A stretch of 49,153 bases of DNA from Nemertoderma westbladi (lineage: Eukaryota > Animalia > Xenacoelomorpha), in contig JAUCBJ010006594.1 in NCBI GenBank assembly GCA_032718475.1, positions 1 through 49,153 of the forward strand, read 5' to 3'. The notes beneath the pieces were generated by a model. It had not been told where the DNA came from. It was given only the letters and a program-made list of their open reading frames with translations, and ran no database searches. Positions within the stretch are counted from its first letter, which is position 1. The number at the start of each line of letters is the position of its first letter. The translations under genes were made by a program, and so were the position numbers. Of the stretch, positions 1-12,500 are shown piece by piece.

Positions 1-1
1 A

Positions 2-598
2 CCTCTTCCAAACAGCTGGATCCATTGTATCTTTAGCCACTCCCATCCTGTGTATATCTTCCCAAGTAGCCTCAGACAGATCCAACGGGAGTCCGAGTCC
101 GGGAAAGTTCCATTGTGATTCAACAATAGATATCAATTCTTCCCTGGCGTATCCCGCGTAATTGTCTTGGGTCGCTCGCTTATTCTTTGCCCAGTCGGCT
201 TGATGTTCTTCAACCGCAATGAATATAGTAGTTAGCACTGCAGCAGGAAGGGTAAGAAGGGGGTCCGAGTAGACTGTAGCAGCCATCTGCACTCCGCCTT
301 CGGGGGTCAGCTCTACAGTATCCGAACTGCTGGAGCTATCGGATCGCTGGGAAGTAGGTTCTTGACCAAGATGTTGCTGCGATAGGACAGCTGCCTCTTG
401 GTTCCGTTTGACCTGCGCCCGAGTGCCTATGATGGACCTATGGTGGACTAGCCTAGGGTCTGATACTACTGGAGGGATGACCTTTTTTACAGTAGGAGGT
501 GAGCCGAACTCCTTTCTTATTCGCTCCACACTCCTATCTGAATCACAGATAGTTGTATCGATCAGACTGTCTGACAGGTTTTGCTGAGTGTCAGACAT
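2..598 (-). CDS. gag: gag N-terminus of copy A (partial, open to the window edge)
   Basis: ATG at 598 reads MSDTQQNLSDSLIDTTICDSDRSVER..., homologous to MSDTKQNLSDSLLDVTICDSDRGVEP of ORF 27680. Absent from the ORF track, probably because no stop falls inside the window. Confidence 0.88.
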   Translation of the reverse strand, partial: MSDTQQNLSDSLIDTTICDSDRSVERIRKEFGSPPTVKKVIPPVVSDPRLVHHRSIIGTRAQVKRNQEAAVLSQQHLGQEPTSQRSDSSSSSDTVELTPEGGVQMAATVYSDPLLTLPAAVLTTIFIAVEEHQADWAKNKRATQDNYAGYAREELISIVESQWNFPGLGLPLDLSEATWEDIHRMGVAKDTMDPAVWKR

Positions 599-1929
599 GT
601 TTAGCTATACAGTTGAAGGCTTACTGCTATAGTTACAGTTAAAGCAAGTCTAGTAATTCAGTATAGCCACTGGCCTAGTACCGGTAATTTATTGCAGTAT
701 ATTAGAATACCGGTATGCACTTATAATATATATAAGTATTGTGAACTAGGTTTGTCACAGAGTACCGGTATATAAATTTAGCACAGATATATATAAATAT
801 ATAATAGGCCTATCGGGAATACCGGTATACAGTTTACACTTATAGTACTGTAGTATATATAAGTATAATTATGACCTAGAATTAATTACAGAGTACCGGT
901 ATGATTTCAGCTCAAATTTATAGAAATAAATATAATAAGCCTATGGTAAGTACCGGTATGTCAATTATTTTTAGAATAATTGAATTCCTGAATATTTCAG
1001 GGTTACTTAGTTACTTTAACGTACTTTATTACCGTTATTTAAGCAGTAGTCCAACTGGTAGTGAGACCTAGTTGTTGTATGACAGGCCTACTATTTATAA
1101 ATCTTTTGAGTTGATTTATAATAGATATATACCCGTTTAAAAGGGGTTTTGTCAATATTTGAAATAAATGTTATTATTTCTGGGGGTCACTACACGGAAG
1201 CTGTGCGCTCTCAGTGAAGTGCTATTTATTTGACACTAAAACTGATAATTCTAATTTACCTAAGTTACTTAATACTACAAATTACTTACGATATTGGTGA
1301 GATTAATTCTCTAATTAAACACAACAAAATATTACGTACGAAATTTTTAGGGTAATTTTACAGGAAGTCTACAAACCAGCCTAACAAAGGGTTAGAATTC
1401 TGGTTATTACAACGGACAGGGTACTACGGTATTTGAAATAATAAGTAGTAGTAAATATACTGTACTGTCCAGATAGGAAAATACCACCGCCTGACGACCT
1501 ATAACCGTATCGCTATAGGTACTACGTTATGTATCACGGAGTGTTCCTACCCAGAAGTTAATAGAGCTAACGAATGTGCCTATCAACCACTTTACAACAC
1601 AGATATACTGCCTACACTAATTACTTCGGAAAGCACTGTACACTAAACCCTAAATTAGGTACAAGTACCGGTATAACAAATAATCAGTAGTTAAATATAC
1701 TTGAACAGTTAAAAGAACCACGGCATCTGCTGGAGTGACCGAAGCACAAAATCTCCAGTCTTTACCTACGCCGAGCAGCCCTGATGTAGTACCGGGGTTA
1801 GTTTAACTATAACGGTATGTATAACAAGCACAATTACTGTAGGAATAAACTTGGGGACATGAATGTTGCGAATAATCGCATAAACTCTGAATAATAAATA
1901 TTACGCTACCCGTACAGAATACTCAAACA

Positions 1930-2470
1930 AATACAAACCAAACGCTGGCAAACTACTATCAAGCCTAAACAAACTACAGTATGTGCAGATTCTGAAACTG
2001 TTAGTTAGTATGCGTTCTAACACGGTAGTACGACTTACTCTTTAAGAGGGGATTGACCTTACAGCTTATGGCTGCCCCAACTTACTAACGGCACTTTATC
2101 AGACCAACTCTACACACGCAGCAATCCCTTCAGACCTAAAAATAGCTAGACAACAATCCAGCCTACAAATATTTGAGTAATAACTATTACGGTACCTGAA
2201 CAGACCACACAAACAAACACAGGCTAAAACACTGGCAGACTACGATCAAGCCTAAATAAACTACAGTATATGCAGACTCTGAAACTGTTAGTTAGTATGC
2301 GTTCTAACACGGTAGTACGACTTATTCTTTAAGAGGGGATTGACCTTACCGCATATGGCTGCCCCAACTTACTAACGGCACTTTATCAGACAAACTCTAC
2401 ACACGCCGTAATCTCTCCAAACTCAACAACAGTCAGACAGCAGCTCAGCCTACAATTATCTGAACAATCT
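1930..2470 (-). repeat. Tandem duplication (~285 bp x2) in the leader of copy A
   Basis: Block ...GAAACTGTTAGTTAGTATGCGTTCTAACACGGTAGTACGACTTA...GGCTGCCCCAACTTACTAACGGCACTTTATCAGAC occurs at ~1994 and ~2281. Confidence 0.9.
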
Positions 2471-2758
2471 GAGCAGGGTCACACGCCTTCTGCTCAATAT
2501 TAGCTTACTAGGAAATAAAACCGACAGAAATAAGTAGAATCTCAATAAAAATTCAGGGCTGCAGTCCCTGATTAAGTACTAAGACCTACCGGTATACAAT
2601 AATCAAATCGAATAATACTAAATGTACTTGTACAGCAGTACCGGTACCGGTGATGACAGTTAGGCCTACTGACCTACAGAAGTACCGGTTCAGTTTTACC
2701 AGTCACTACGGTATTTTGCAACCCTATTGCCTACTGCAATAAGATTATAAACTGTTAC

Positions 2759-3964
2759 TGTTCGCGCTTTTGAAGACCTTTAGCAGTTTAACCTGCCAAA
2801 ATTTATATGTCTTTTAGTTAATTAAAACAACTTTAGCATACGACAATATTTTATGCTAATACACAAAACATTACCCGAAGTCAGCCCATGCGCGATCATT
2901 CACCCGATGGATCTACACCCGGGAGGCTGAATTCGGCTGCTTAAATTTTATTATTGCAGCGTAAGGTTGCAAGGTTGCAGTGTAAACTTACTGTATTATT
3001 CGATAGATCGTTATTAATTAATTTCTGACAGATATTATTGGCTTTCGGGAAATATTAACAGTTCCTTTAGGACGTGGCGCTCTATCTATTTAAACAGAAC
3101 TAGGACTTATACTAAACGCAACGATACTGCTTATGATTAAAGTATAAAGCGTATTCTTTAGGAAATGCTTTGTTACCAATCACAATCATGCACACTATTC
3201 TGCCGACCGTCAGTATATTTGATCACACATAAAGAGAGCAGCAATTGACTCATGTAGGGTCTGCTAAATAACATTAGATTCAATACACACCACATTAATA
3301 TAAATCGCAATTGTTATATATAGCCCGCCTCTCTAACCTGTAGTGTATCAAGAAAATTGGGAAATTTGGGTGATTTATCCGTATTATCCAAAGAGCAATA
3401 TTTCCATCAACAAATAGGTACAATTAATAACTGACGGTAAATAACAGTACAAACAATATGATTAATAGTGAGTTAAGATTGATTAATTAGTTAGTGAGTA
3501 GGATTCGGTAACAGTTTATACTTTCGATAATTTAAGCAGTTTTACTAGAGTTCTTCCCAAAAAGCCGGTGTTATGGCGAAAAATGGGAACACAACAACAG
3601 AATCATATAAAATCATATGACTACTACTACTATACGAGTATACCAAAAACTCTTATTCCACGAAGCCCCGTTCAACACAGAGGATGAGCATAGAGATAGG
3701 AAATTCAGTTCAGTAGCGCTGGGATAGGTCGAAATCAACGCCTACGCAAATTCTATTGGCCGACACGAACAGCAAGGCTAAGGCAACCTCTCTAAGCTAG
3801 TTGGCCGATTAAACTGAGCCCAGATATCTCCGTACAGCACATCAGCCAATAAGCTGGTAGCTTGCACTATTTTAGTTATAAATCCCTTTGAGAGTATTCT
3901 AGCGACTGGGGGGGAACTGGCCAGCAAAGGCAAACGTATCAGTTATCCCACAAAAGCTTTTACA
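2759..3964 (-). repeat. 5' LTR of copy A (~1206 bp)
   Basis: Minus strand starts TGTAAAAGCTTT and ends AAAAGCGCGAACA, the same termini as the LTRs at 6554-7752 and 24244-25438. Confidence 0.85.
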
Positions 3965-4242
3965 CTGGCTAATAATGTAACAATCATATCATATCTTATC
4001 ATATGATGATAAGCCTAGATAGATAGATTTATTTATACATTATGTAAAAACAATAACAAATACACCAAACAATGTACCGGTATAATAAAGGTATTGTCCA
4101 ACATAACATATAGGATTACCCCTAAAGCCTTGCAGCTTATTTCCAAGGGGGTCCTTTATGTTACTTGGTTACAAATACAATATTACACTACGCTAACGTA
4201 AAACCAATATAAAACGTAATTACACGTACGTAATTAAACGTA

Positions 4243-4540
4243 TGTACATGTACAACTTTACCGAGAGCGTGGCAATGTCCGACTCAACGATAAAGATGTA
4301 ATGTATAGAACAATTTAATATAAAACGTAATTACACTATGTACAGTACATGTACAACTTTACCGAGAGCGTGACAATGCCCGACTCAACGATAAAGATGT
4401 AATGTACAGAACAATTTAATATAAAACGTAATTACACTATGTACAGTACATGTACAACTTTACCGAGAGCGTGACAATGCCCGACTCAACGATAAAGATG
4501 TAATGTACAGAACAATTTATTATAAAACGTAATTACAGTA
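4243..4540. repeat. 101-bp tandem repeat, ~3 copies, in the LINE 3' UTR
   Basis: CCGAGAGCGTG(G/A)CAATG anchor at 4261, 4362 and 4463. Confidence 0.92.
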
Positions 4541-4566
4541 TAAATAGTACATAAATAATTAATAAA

Positions 4567-4854
4567 CTAATAACTTACTGTAGGACTATTGTACCTATTT
4601 TTACATTGCACACGGAGGTGAGATTTAACTGCAGATTTAAAAGAATGTTGATTATTTAGGTTTTTAATTTCATTAGGCAGAGCGTTCCAATTTTTAATGC
4701 CGTTAAAAAAGAAAGTATCAGATTCAAAGGATTTACAATTCGGGAGGTAGAAGTTTGAAGCACTAGCTCTGGTACTGTAAGAGTGTGTATCGCGTACTCT
4801 GTTGAATTTTTGTTTTAGGTAATTGGGACATTTACCATTATACACTTTATGCAC
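4567..4854 (-). pseudogene. LINE ORF2 (post-RT) C-terminal remnant
   Basis: P.YL...F.....H.Y.TR and F...G...WN.LP..IK......FK..VK pattern. Confidence 0.8.
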
Positions 4855-6390
4855 ATGGTTAAAGCGTAGCTGCTTAACTCTACTATCTAAGTTAAGTAGT
4901 CCAGATTCAGAAAAGTCATCTGGAGTTAGTATAGGAGGTTTATTATAGACTTTATAATAAACCGAATAATATTATAAAATAATTAAAATATTAATAAAAT
5001 ATTAATATAACGTTTATTATAAGAGCTCTAAATACAGCTTGCCAACACATCGTTACTATCTGGAGTTAGGTGGTTTGTAGTCTTTAATAAATCGTACCAC
5101 TTTATTCTGAGCTACTTGTAATTTACATTTAAGCTGTTTGGTTAAGCCTTCATACCAAGAAGAGCATGCCTAGTAGAGGATTGTAATACAAAGACAGAGC
5201 TAATAACTGATTGGAGAAGGATAAAGTTTTCCATAGCAACAACCCAGGTGTAGTGATTATAAATAATTTAATCGTTGTAGAACATTCTCCATAGCAACAA
5301 TAGTTCTTCTCTCCATAGTTCTTCGCTGATTTCCCCACACTTACTACCTAAAACCTCACAATGTTAAAATATAAATAATTTAAACGCAATAAAATATCCT
5401 GTATTGCCGCTTTATTGAGTATTTCAATATAAATCATTCATAAAAATTCTTTATATCACGGGAGTGAGCTCCTATGCATAAGATTCATTTGGATTAGAGT
5501 GCAGCCCAGAATAGGTAGGTATTGAGTGTATGCTCAATGTATGTCGCGCCCCTGGGGCCCAATTGGGTTAAAGTTAGTGAAGGACATTGTTAGTTATTAA
5601 AATTAATATAGTTATTATTATTATTAAAAATTACTATTAAGACACTAGACCATGGTTCAAATAATATTAAATATTATGTAAAATAATTGTATCGATCGAG
5701 TATTCCAAGTGAGTTTATACTTTGACTGAATAATTGCTTATAATTGGGAAATCTGAGCTCGCTAAAATCTGAAAATGTAGGTTGGGGGTGTACTTACATC
5801 AGTACGTAATGGTATAATAAAGGGTTGACGACCCTTTCAGGCATCCGAGTTTCAGAGTTTACACAGTAAGGTTGACAGATAGGGATAGCTGAATGCTGGA
5901 ATGGGTTACAAAGGACCGAATGGATCAGTTGATAAGGCAAATGCAGTGCTAATATAATAAGGACGGGTAACTCTAAAGCAAAGGTATAGGTGGACAGTGA
6001 AGGAAAGTAGAGCGGCAGGGTTCCCACTCCTACCCCTACCCAATGACTAGACAATACACAAACTAACCAATAATATATTCTTAATCCTGTAATCATACTG
6101 TATATATCTGCATGTCTAAACAGCTTCACCTGTAGAGCTAACGGTAATAACTGAATAACCTTGTCGTGAATAGTTATATAACTAAATGTAAAAGAGCGAT
6201 GCGAGCTCGAGTGGGGGGGGGGGGGGGGAAGACACGCATATGATAAAGGTTACTGAAGTACGTCTGTACTAGAGTAGCCTAATTTGCATATGATAATGTA
6301 AGGGATATCAATGCATCTGCATTGATACCTAAGATGTAATATTATGGTTTTGTTCAGAAATGGAAAAAAAGAGAAAGCGCGTCACGGGGG

Positions 6391-6455
6391 GTTGAACCAG
6401 CATTATACGTACGTTTCAGCCTATCAGGCCTCATCAGTAGCGCTAACCAGTTCAG
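6391..6455 (-). ncRNA. Minimal type I hammerhead ribozyme (Penelope-like element type)
   Basis: Minus strand reads AGCGCTA-CTGATGA-GGCC-TGATA-GGCT-GAAA-CGTACG-TA-TAATGCT: intact CUGAnGA and GAAA core, stem II, palindromic stem III CGUACG, GUA cleavage triplet, and stem I with one mismatch. Confidence 0.78.
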
Positions 6456-6553
6456 TACCCTGACATTCACTATCCTACCTAATTCACTTCTATTGAACAG
6501 GCAGTCTTAAGTTGCATATCCTATCTCTAACAGCGGACCTACCGGCCTCAAGT

Positions 6554-7752
6554 TGTTCGCGCTTTTAGACCTTTAGCAGTTTAACCTGCCAATTTTAGTT
6601 GTCCTCTTGTTTATAAATCGACTTTAGCCTATATCAATTATTTAATGTACTGAAGTTACATCAGCCGAAGCCAGTCTGTGCGCGATCATTCACCCACAGT
6701 TAAGGGAGACTGGATTCGGATTCCTTGATAGTTATTGCGGTGTAGACCTACTGTATTATTCGATTGATCGTTACTATATAATCTCTGACAATATATTTAC
6801 TTTCGGGGAAATATTAACAGTTCCTTTTAGGACGTGGCGCTTTAAGTATAAAAACAGAGTTATGACTTATACTAATCACAACTAGATGGCCACAGAGTTT
6901 CGTAAATAGCGCATTCTTTAGGAAATGCTTTATTATCTTTCACACTACTTCACACGACTTTACACAACTTCACACTACTGCGCACTAATCTGCCGACCAT
7001 CACTGAATTTGATCATATATAAGGAAGATCGCAACTGACACTTGTAGGGATTATGAAATAGCATTTAATTCACACAAAAACCACTATAATTTAAGTCGCA
7101 GTTGCTACCGGTAACCTGTTCCTCTTACCTTCAGTAATCAAGAAGATTGGGGGTTTTATGATTATTTATCGGTAGTCTCCAAATATAACAACATATCCAT
7201 CAATATAACAACAATTAATAACAGAAGTAAAATAATGCGGTGAACAGTCAGCATGTGTTACTTATGCAGTTATGAAAGTCAGTATAAAAAAGACCGTAAT
7301 ATGATATGATGTGATCGGTTGGTAAGGTATGTCCGATTGTAGGTGTCGGATAATAGATTTACGTTCTCATAATCTTAGCCATCTGATGTTTAGGCCAAAG
7401 TGTGAAACTTCTACACAGAAGTACAGAAGATTCCAAGCCGGTTCTGAGGGTCAGAAAAAGGTAAACAAAGACCGTAATGCATTGCACGGGTTTCCATAGG
7501 CCTCTGTCAGACATAAAGTGAAAATCGCTCTGATTGGCTGAGCAGAACAAAGAAGTTCCATGTCCACAAAGAATCAGCTGATAGATTTCGTCATCTGGAC
7601 TCTGATTCATCCCCTTCACGTAATTGGATAAATTTAGGGATATTTTAGAGTATTCTGCGCATTGCGGGAAAAATGACTTGTTATGTCCGCAACAGCCCCT
7701 ACACTGCTCATTGCGGGAAAAATGACTTGTTATGTCCGCAAAAGCTTTTACA
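6554..7752 (-). repeat. 3' LTR of copy B (~1199 bp)
   Basis: TGTAAAAGCTTT...AAAAGCGCGAACA. 6554-6952 matches 19572-19971 with about 5 substitutions counted by eye. Confidence 0.9.
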
Positions 7753-7830
7753 TCGATCCCAGAAAATGGGATTTAAGTCTATAAAATATAAAAAATCACA
7801 GTTTCTAAAATACAAAATTACTCTAAACTA

Positions 7831-9252
7831 TTAGTCCTTCTTACGTGAATGGTGTTTACGAAGTTTTTTGAGGCTAGCAAGAGTCCTTTTCTCTTTGGGG
7901 CGAGCCACTTTACTAGGAGGGCTATAACTCCTGGGTGAGGGGTGCAATACAATTGCATCAGATGGTTTTGGGTTGCGGTCGGTGTATCCGCCGGTCGAGG
8001 TACCCGGTTGATCGATATCAACCTCAGTGGAACGAGGTCGAACAACCTTTAGAGTGCGTTTCAGGACAGCAGCTGTTACTGGTCCCTGATGGGTCGTTTG
8101 CACGAGAGCGTTAGGCGGACCGTGAGTAGTGAGAAATTTCCTAGGTTTGATGGTTCTTTCCAACTTGCGTTCTCAGGCTCTATATTCATAGGGTCGTCTA
8201 TGAACTTCTTGTTGTTCAAGTTGCGAGTTTATGAACAAGTCACCGCGGGATTTATCAATGGTAGAAACTTTAAACTGTATGTAGGATCTTCTGGTTTCAC
8301 CATATAATATTGAGTTAAATTGACATAATAGGGATGGTCTTTGATCCCATAAAATGAGTTCGGTAAAGGTCTAGCGCATAGGTTGACCTCATGTACCAGA
8401 CGGCGGACAAGATCCGCTCGATTGTCCGGAGGTTCAATGAGTATACCGTCGACACGAGCGACCTCGATTGGCGGACGTTGTAACATAGGAGCGTCAGCGA
8501 TAAGATCTCTAGATCTTAGGTTGATATCAACCGGTTGGGGTTGTACCGTGGCGAAGAGTTTGTCTCCGAAATGGGGAACCATTGAAGGATGAATAATGGT
8601 TTTGGAATAGAGATCAGTCATAAGGATTTGAGCTTCTGGCTGGGCTAAAGCTGCTTCTTCTCTCTCGTCCATTTCGATATGCTTCTCCTCGAGCTGATTT
8701 TCCTCCGCTTGTCGTTGGAAGCGTTCGTCCAAAAACTCTTGCAGAGAGTAGGTTCATCCAAGTTCGATGTCTTCCTCGAGATTCTGGATTTCCCAATCGA
8801 ACTGAGGTAAGGCTAATTCTTTTACCGCTTGGACTTGTTGCTGCAATTTACGTTTATCTAAACAATCGTAGGTTCCTTTTCCGATCTTTTGCCGAATAGC
8901 GTTTAGCGCGTTTCGTACAACACTCTCCTCCATCTCGGTGACGGGTTGTATCGGGGTTAAACCGGGACGATTATACGGGTTGAACGGCGATATTAAATGT
9001 CCGCGTCCCAATCCGGCAAGGTAAGATGGGCGAATATCTAGAGAGTGTACCATTACGATGCGTATAGCGAGATTTTCTATAGTCCAATTCATGCGTGAGC
9101 TGTTCCTTTGACATTGGCGGTTCGATATAACGGCCATCGTCCTCCGTAGTAGTTTGACTAGCATCGCCGCTTATTAAACTATCAACAAATGCTTGCAATG
9201 GTAGGGTATATCGCTCCCTGATACCAAGATCATCTTCTATCAACTCAGTCAT
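7831..9252 (-). pseudogene. Extra 3' ORF (ORF3) of copy B, unknown protein, disrupted
   Basis: Four abutting ORF pieces (9252-8971, 9164-8754, 8732-8229, 8163-7831); the middle two are in one frame split by a single TGA. N-terminus MTELIEDDLGIRERYTLPLQAFVDSL is shared with ORF 37622 in copy C. Confidence 0.72.
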
Positions 9253-9298
9253 AGCTGCTATATGAGTTTATCAATATTATAATTAATGATATATAGGC

Positions 9299-9511
9299 TA
9301 GCGGTCATCGCTGCCTCCCCCTCAATGCCCCCAGACAGCGCAAGATCCTCAGTGCTGATGTACTGTCGTCGCTGTGCCTCTCGCCAATGTAGTAGCTACA
9401 CAACGACAACAATAACCAGCGCGAGTCACTCCACTGTCCGTCCCAAGGGCTTAGAATTACTTCAGGTTCTTGCTACAGAGGCAGGGTAACTTTCACAACT
9501 GCGACTCGCTA
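9299..9511 (-). ncRNA. Conserved long RNA stem-loop upstream of ORF3 (copy B)
   Basis: Sense-strand TATTGTTGTCGTTGTGT pairs fully with GCACAGCGACGACAGTA (17 bp including G-U). It is enclosed by CGGACAGTG/CGCTGTCTG and CTGCCTC/GAGGCAG. Confidence 0.65.
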
Positions 9512-12500
9512 CTGTAAACACACTTTAGTAGTAACATTCACCTATAAATGCACAAATTCCAGCTAGATGCTGTTACCCGTAGCTGATCATCCACCTGTCT
9601 TTGGTTCCAATCTTTCACGTAAGCTTTGATCTCATTATTGGCGCCAATGAAGTTCGTTCCCTTGTCGGATCTCATCGTGTTGCTAGTTCCAAAACGAGCA
9701 ATCTGTTGGCGTAAACTCAGTATGAAGCTGTTGGTAGATAGATCGTTCACCATATCTAGATGGATCGCTCTACAAGTCATATAGACAAAGATGATACACC
9801 ATTGCTTGATTATAGTCCTAGCACGATATACTTCAATAGGGCCAAACAAATCCACACCAGTGTTAGTAAAGGGTGGTTCATAGAAGCTTACTCGTTCCCT
9901 AGGTAATTCTGCCTCTCACTGTGTTAAAGGCCTACTGAATGCTTTCCTACAGGGTATACATTTCCTAAGAACTTGGTTCAGAGCTCTACGGGGTTTATGG
10001 AAGTAATAGCGAGTTCGAATTTCGCTAAGAACTCGTTCTCTACCAGCATGGTAAAGCCTACTGTGAACATCTACAATCATCTTGATTTGTATTTCAAGAT
10101 TTCTAATGAGTATGGGAAACTTAGTGTCAAAGGACAATGGAGCATTAGTTAATCTCCCTCCGACACGTATTAACCCATCTATCATTGTGCTAGAGAAACG
10201 ATCCCTTAAGCGCATCTGTGGATTTCTCAACAACAGGAAATACTTATCGGAATCTTCATAGCATTGCAGGAGTCTCAGTATCTGCTTATTGGTGTCCTCA
10301 TGCTCTTGGTAACTGATCTTCTCCGTCAGAAACCTATAAGACACCTTATAAGTGGGAAGGTCTTTAATAGCATGGACCTTTTCGGATATTATTGGAGCGG
10401 TATCACTTGCGATCTTCGTCCTGGAATAGTGATGATGGAAACATCTTTTCAGATACACGATGGCCTTACAAAGCCGATTCCAGAGCTATAATGATTTATT
10501 GTTCTCTGCAGAAGAGGGGAGAGTCCTTGCGAGACATCTGGTGTTTCAGATTTCCAGTCTCTTTCTCTGATTTCTACAACAGATTTGTTCGTGGTGGGGG
10601 AGTTTAGATCCACAGCGTCGTCCCGGAGATGTGTAGTACAGACAGATCTATCACGGGTTTAAATAACTTTGATTTACTCGTCCGGGTTTTAGGTTTGACT
10701 TTCTCCGCTCCCTTGGCTTGTCTAATTTCCGCCGTGGTGAGATGAGGAGGCCATTCATCCTCTTCTTTACTTAGGAAGTCGGGTCCTCCTAACCAGTCTG
10801 GAGTATCTATCAGTTCTTGAGGAGTTGCTCCTCTGGAGGCGATGTCGGCTGGATTGATCGTCCCAGGGCAATGTCTCCATTGATCTACATTAGAGCGACT
10901 AAGTATAATAGCTACTCAGTTGGTAACGAAGATGCTGAACTGACAGACTTCATTTGTTATATACTCCAGAACGAGTAAAGCATCAGTCCAATAGACAGTT
11001 TTCTCCAGTGGATAGTCGATCTGTTCTGTTACATTCCGGCCGATGGCTGTAGCGTATAGAGTCGCCTTTGACTCCGCTAGAGGAACTCGTAGTTTGTTGT
11101 TTATCAAGGCCTTAGAGGTAACCAAGGCAACTTTAATTCCATCCGGAGTTTCAACCCTCAGGTAGGCTACTATACCTATTCCCATATCGCTGGCATCTCC
11201 AAACACATGTAGTTGATAGCAATACGTGGGGAGAACGTGACCAAAATATGAACAGGAAATCGTAAAGTTCTCGATGGATGGTAGAGAATCTTCCCATTTC
11301 ATCCACTTCTTGAGTAGTTCTCCCTTAAGTGGATCATCCCACGAGTGGTTTTCGAGCCACATTTGTTGCACTAAGCTCCGCGCAACTAATATAACTGGGC
11401 TAATAAATCCCAATAGATCGAAATAAGTGCTCAGGATACTTAGACAAATCCGTTTAGTTCTAACTGGATTATCTCGCTGTTTTAACTGGAAAAACAAGAT
11501 ATCTCCCTCCGTGTCCCATTTTAAACCAAGCGTCTTGGTTTCCGGAAGATTGTCCTTGATGAGGTCCAGATCTTTAACACCTCGGTCTTCTACCGGGATC
11601 GATTTCAGAAACTCACGGGAGTTACTAGTGAATTTGGTTAGCCGAAACACACCACGTTGCAAGCACTCTACCGTTCCCTTGGCAACATCAATGGCTTCTT
11701 CCACCGATGGGAGGAACTTTAAATTGTCGTCCATGTATATATCCCGTTTGATGTTGTCGATAACCGCTTTAGAGAAGGCATCTCGGTTGTCATCGGCAGT
11801 GGTACGTACTACGGAACAAGTGTTCGAGGGGCTCGAGATGATCCCAAAAGCCTGGATGGTCATCTAGTACTCCACCGGTTTTCTGTTGAGGTCTCCTTCA
11901 GGCCACCACAGAAATCGTAGGCTGTCTCGATCCCTATCCAGCGCCTTGACTTGTAAGAACATGCCTTCTATATCTGAAGCGAAAGCGATAGAATATTACT
12001 GCAGTCTTAATAATATTCCCAACAAGGATTGGAGTAAGTTGGGTCCCGGCAACAGTTCTGAGTTCAGGGATTGACCCATGTAAAGGGCGGAGCCATCAAA
12101 CACTACCGGACTTCGTTGGGTTTACCGGGCTTGGGAACGTAATGATGTGTTAGATAATACGTTCTCTCCATTATGGGTGTTTCTTCTGGAACTCGCTCCG
12201 CGTATCCCTTATCAATAAATTTCTTCAGCTGGGTTTTATACATTTCCCTGGCTGGAACGTTGGCCGTAAGACGCCGATGTAGTTGCACGATTCTCTTTTC
12301 CGCTAAAGGTCGGTTATTTATAAAGTTAGGTTCTCGCTGTCGGAACGGAAGACCAATCTCATAGCGACCTTCATCCTTCAGATAACGGGTTGTCGTTTCC
12401 TGAATCTGCTTGGCTCTCTCTTCCTCGACAGACAAGGCTTTGTCGTAGGAATTAGGCTCTACGGCTTCTTGAGTAAAGAATCGTACGGCATGTTCATCAC

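Larger units (their letters stand above)
1..3964 (-). mobile_element. BEL/Pao LTR retrotransposon copy A (5' LTR + leader + gag start; continues off the left edge)
   Basis: Reverse complement is colinear with copy C 24244-28280: same LTR termini, same leader blocks, same gag N-terminus. Confidence 0.9.
4015..5170 (-). mobile_element. 5'-truncated L2/CR1-group LINE (ORF2 C-terminus + 3' UTR + tail)
   Basis: Minus-strand peptides ACSSWYEGLTKQLKCKLQVAQNKVVRFI (~5170-5085) and ...FFFNGIKNWNALPNEIK..SFKSAVK (4567-4854) match the typical CR1/L2 ORF2 C-terminus. The element ends AATAAA followed by (TCTA)n at ~4015-4033. Confidence 0.8.

Noticed and set aside
1488-1530. CTGACGA followed by a hairpin, resembling a hammerhead core
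   Set aside because: The stem is followed by TACTAC, not GAAA, in all three copies, and it lies antisense to the element.
4243-4540. Regularly spaced repeats as a possible CRISPR array
   Set aside because: Whole units repeat with no unique spacers; the context is a eukaryotic LINE 3' UTR with no cas genes.
5794-6129. Hydrophobic 111-aa ORF
   Set aside because: Non-ATG start, no motif and no supporting context; treated as spurious.
9286-9489. 67-aa ORF antisense to copy B over the stem-loop
   Set aside because: The frame is broken by an indel in copy C, and the substitutions fit RNA pairing rather than codons.
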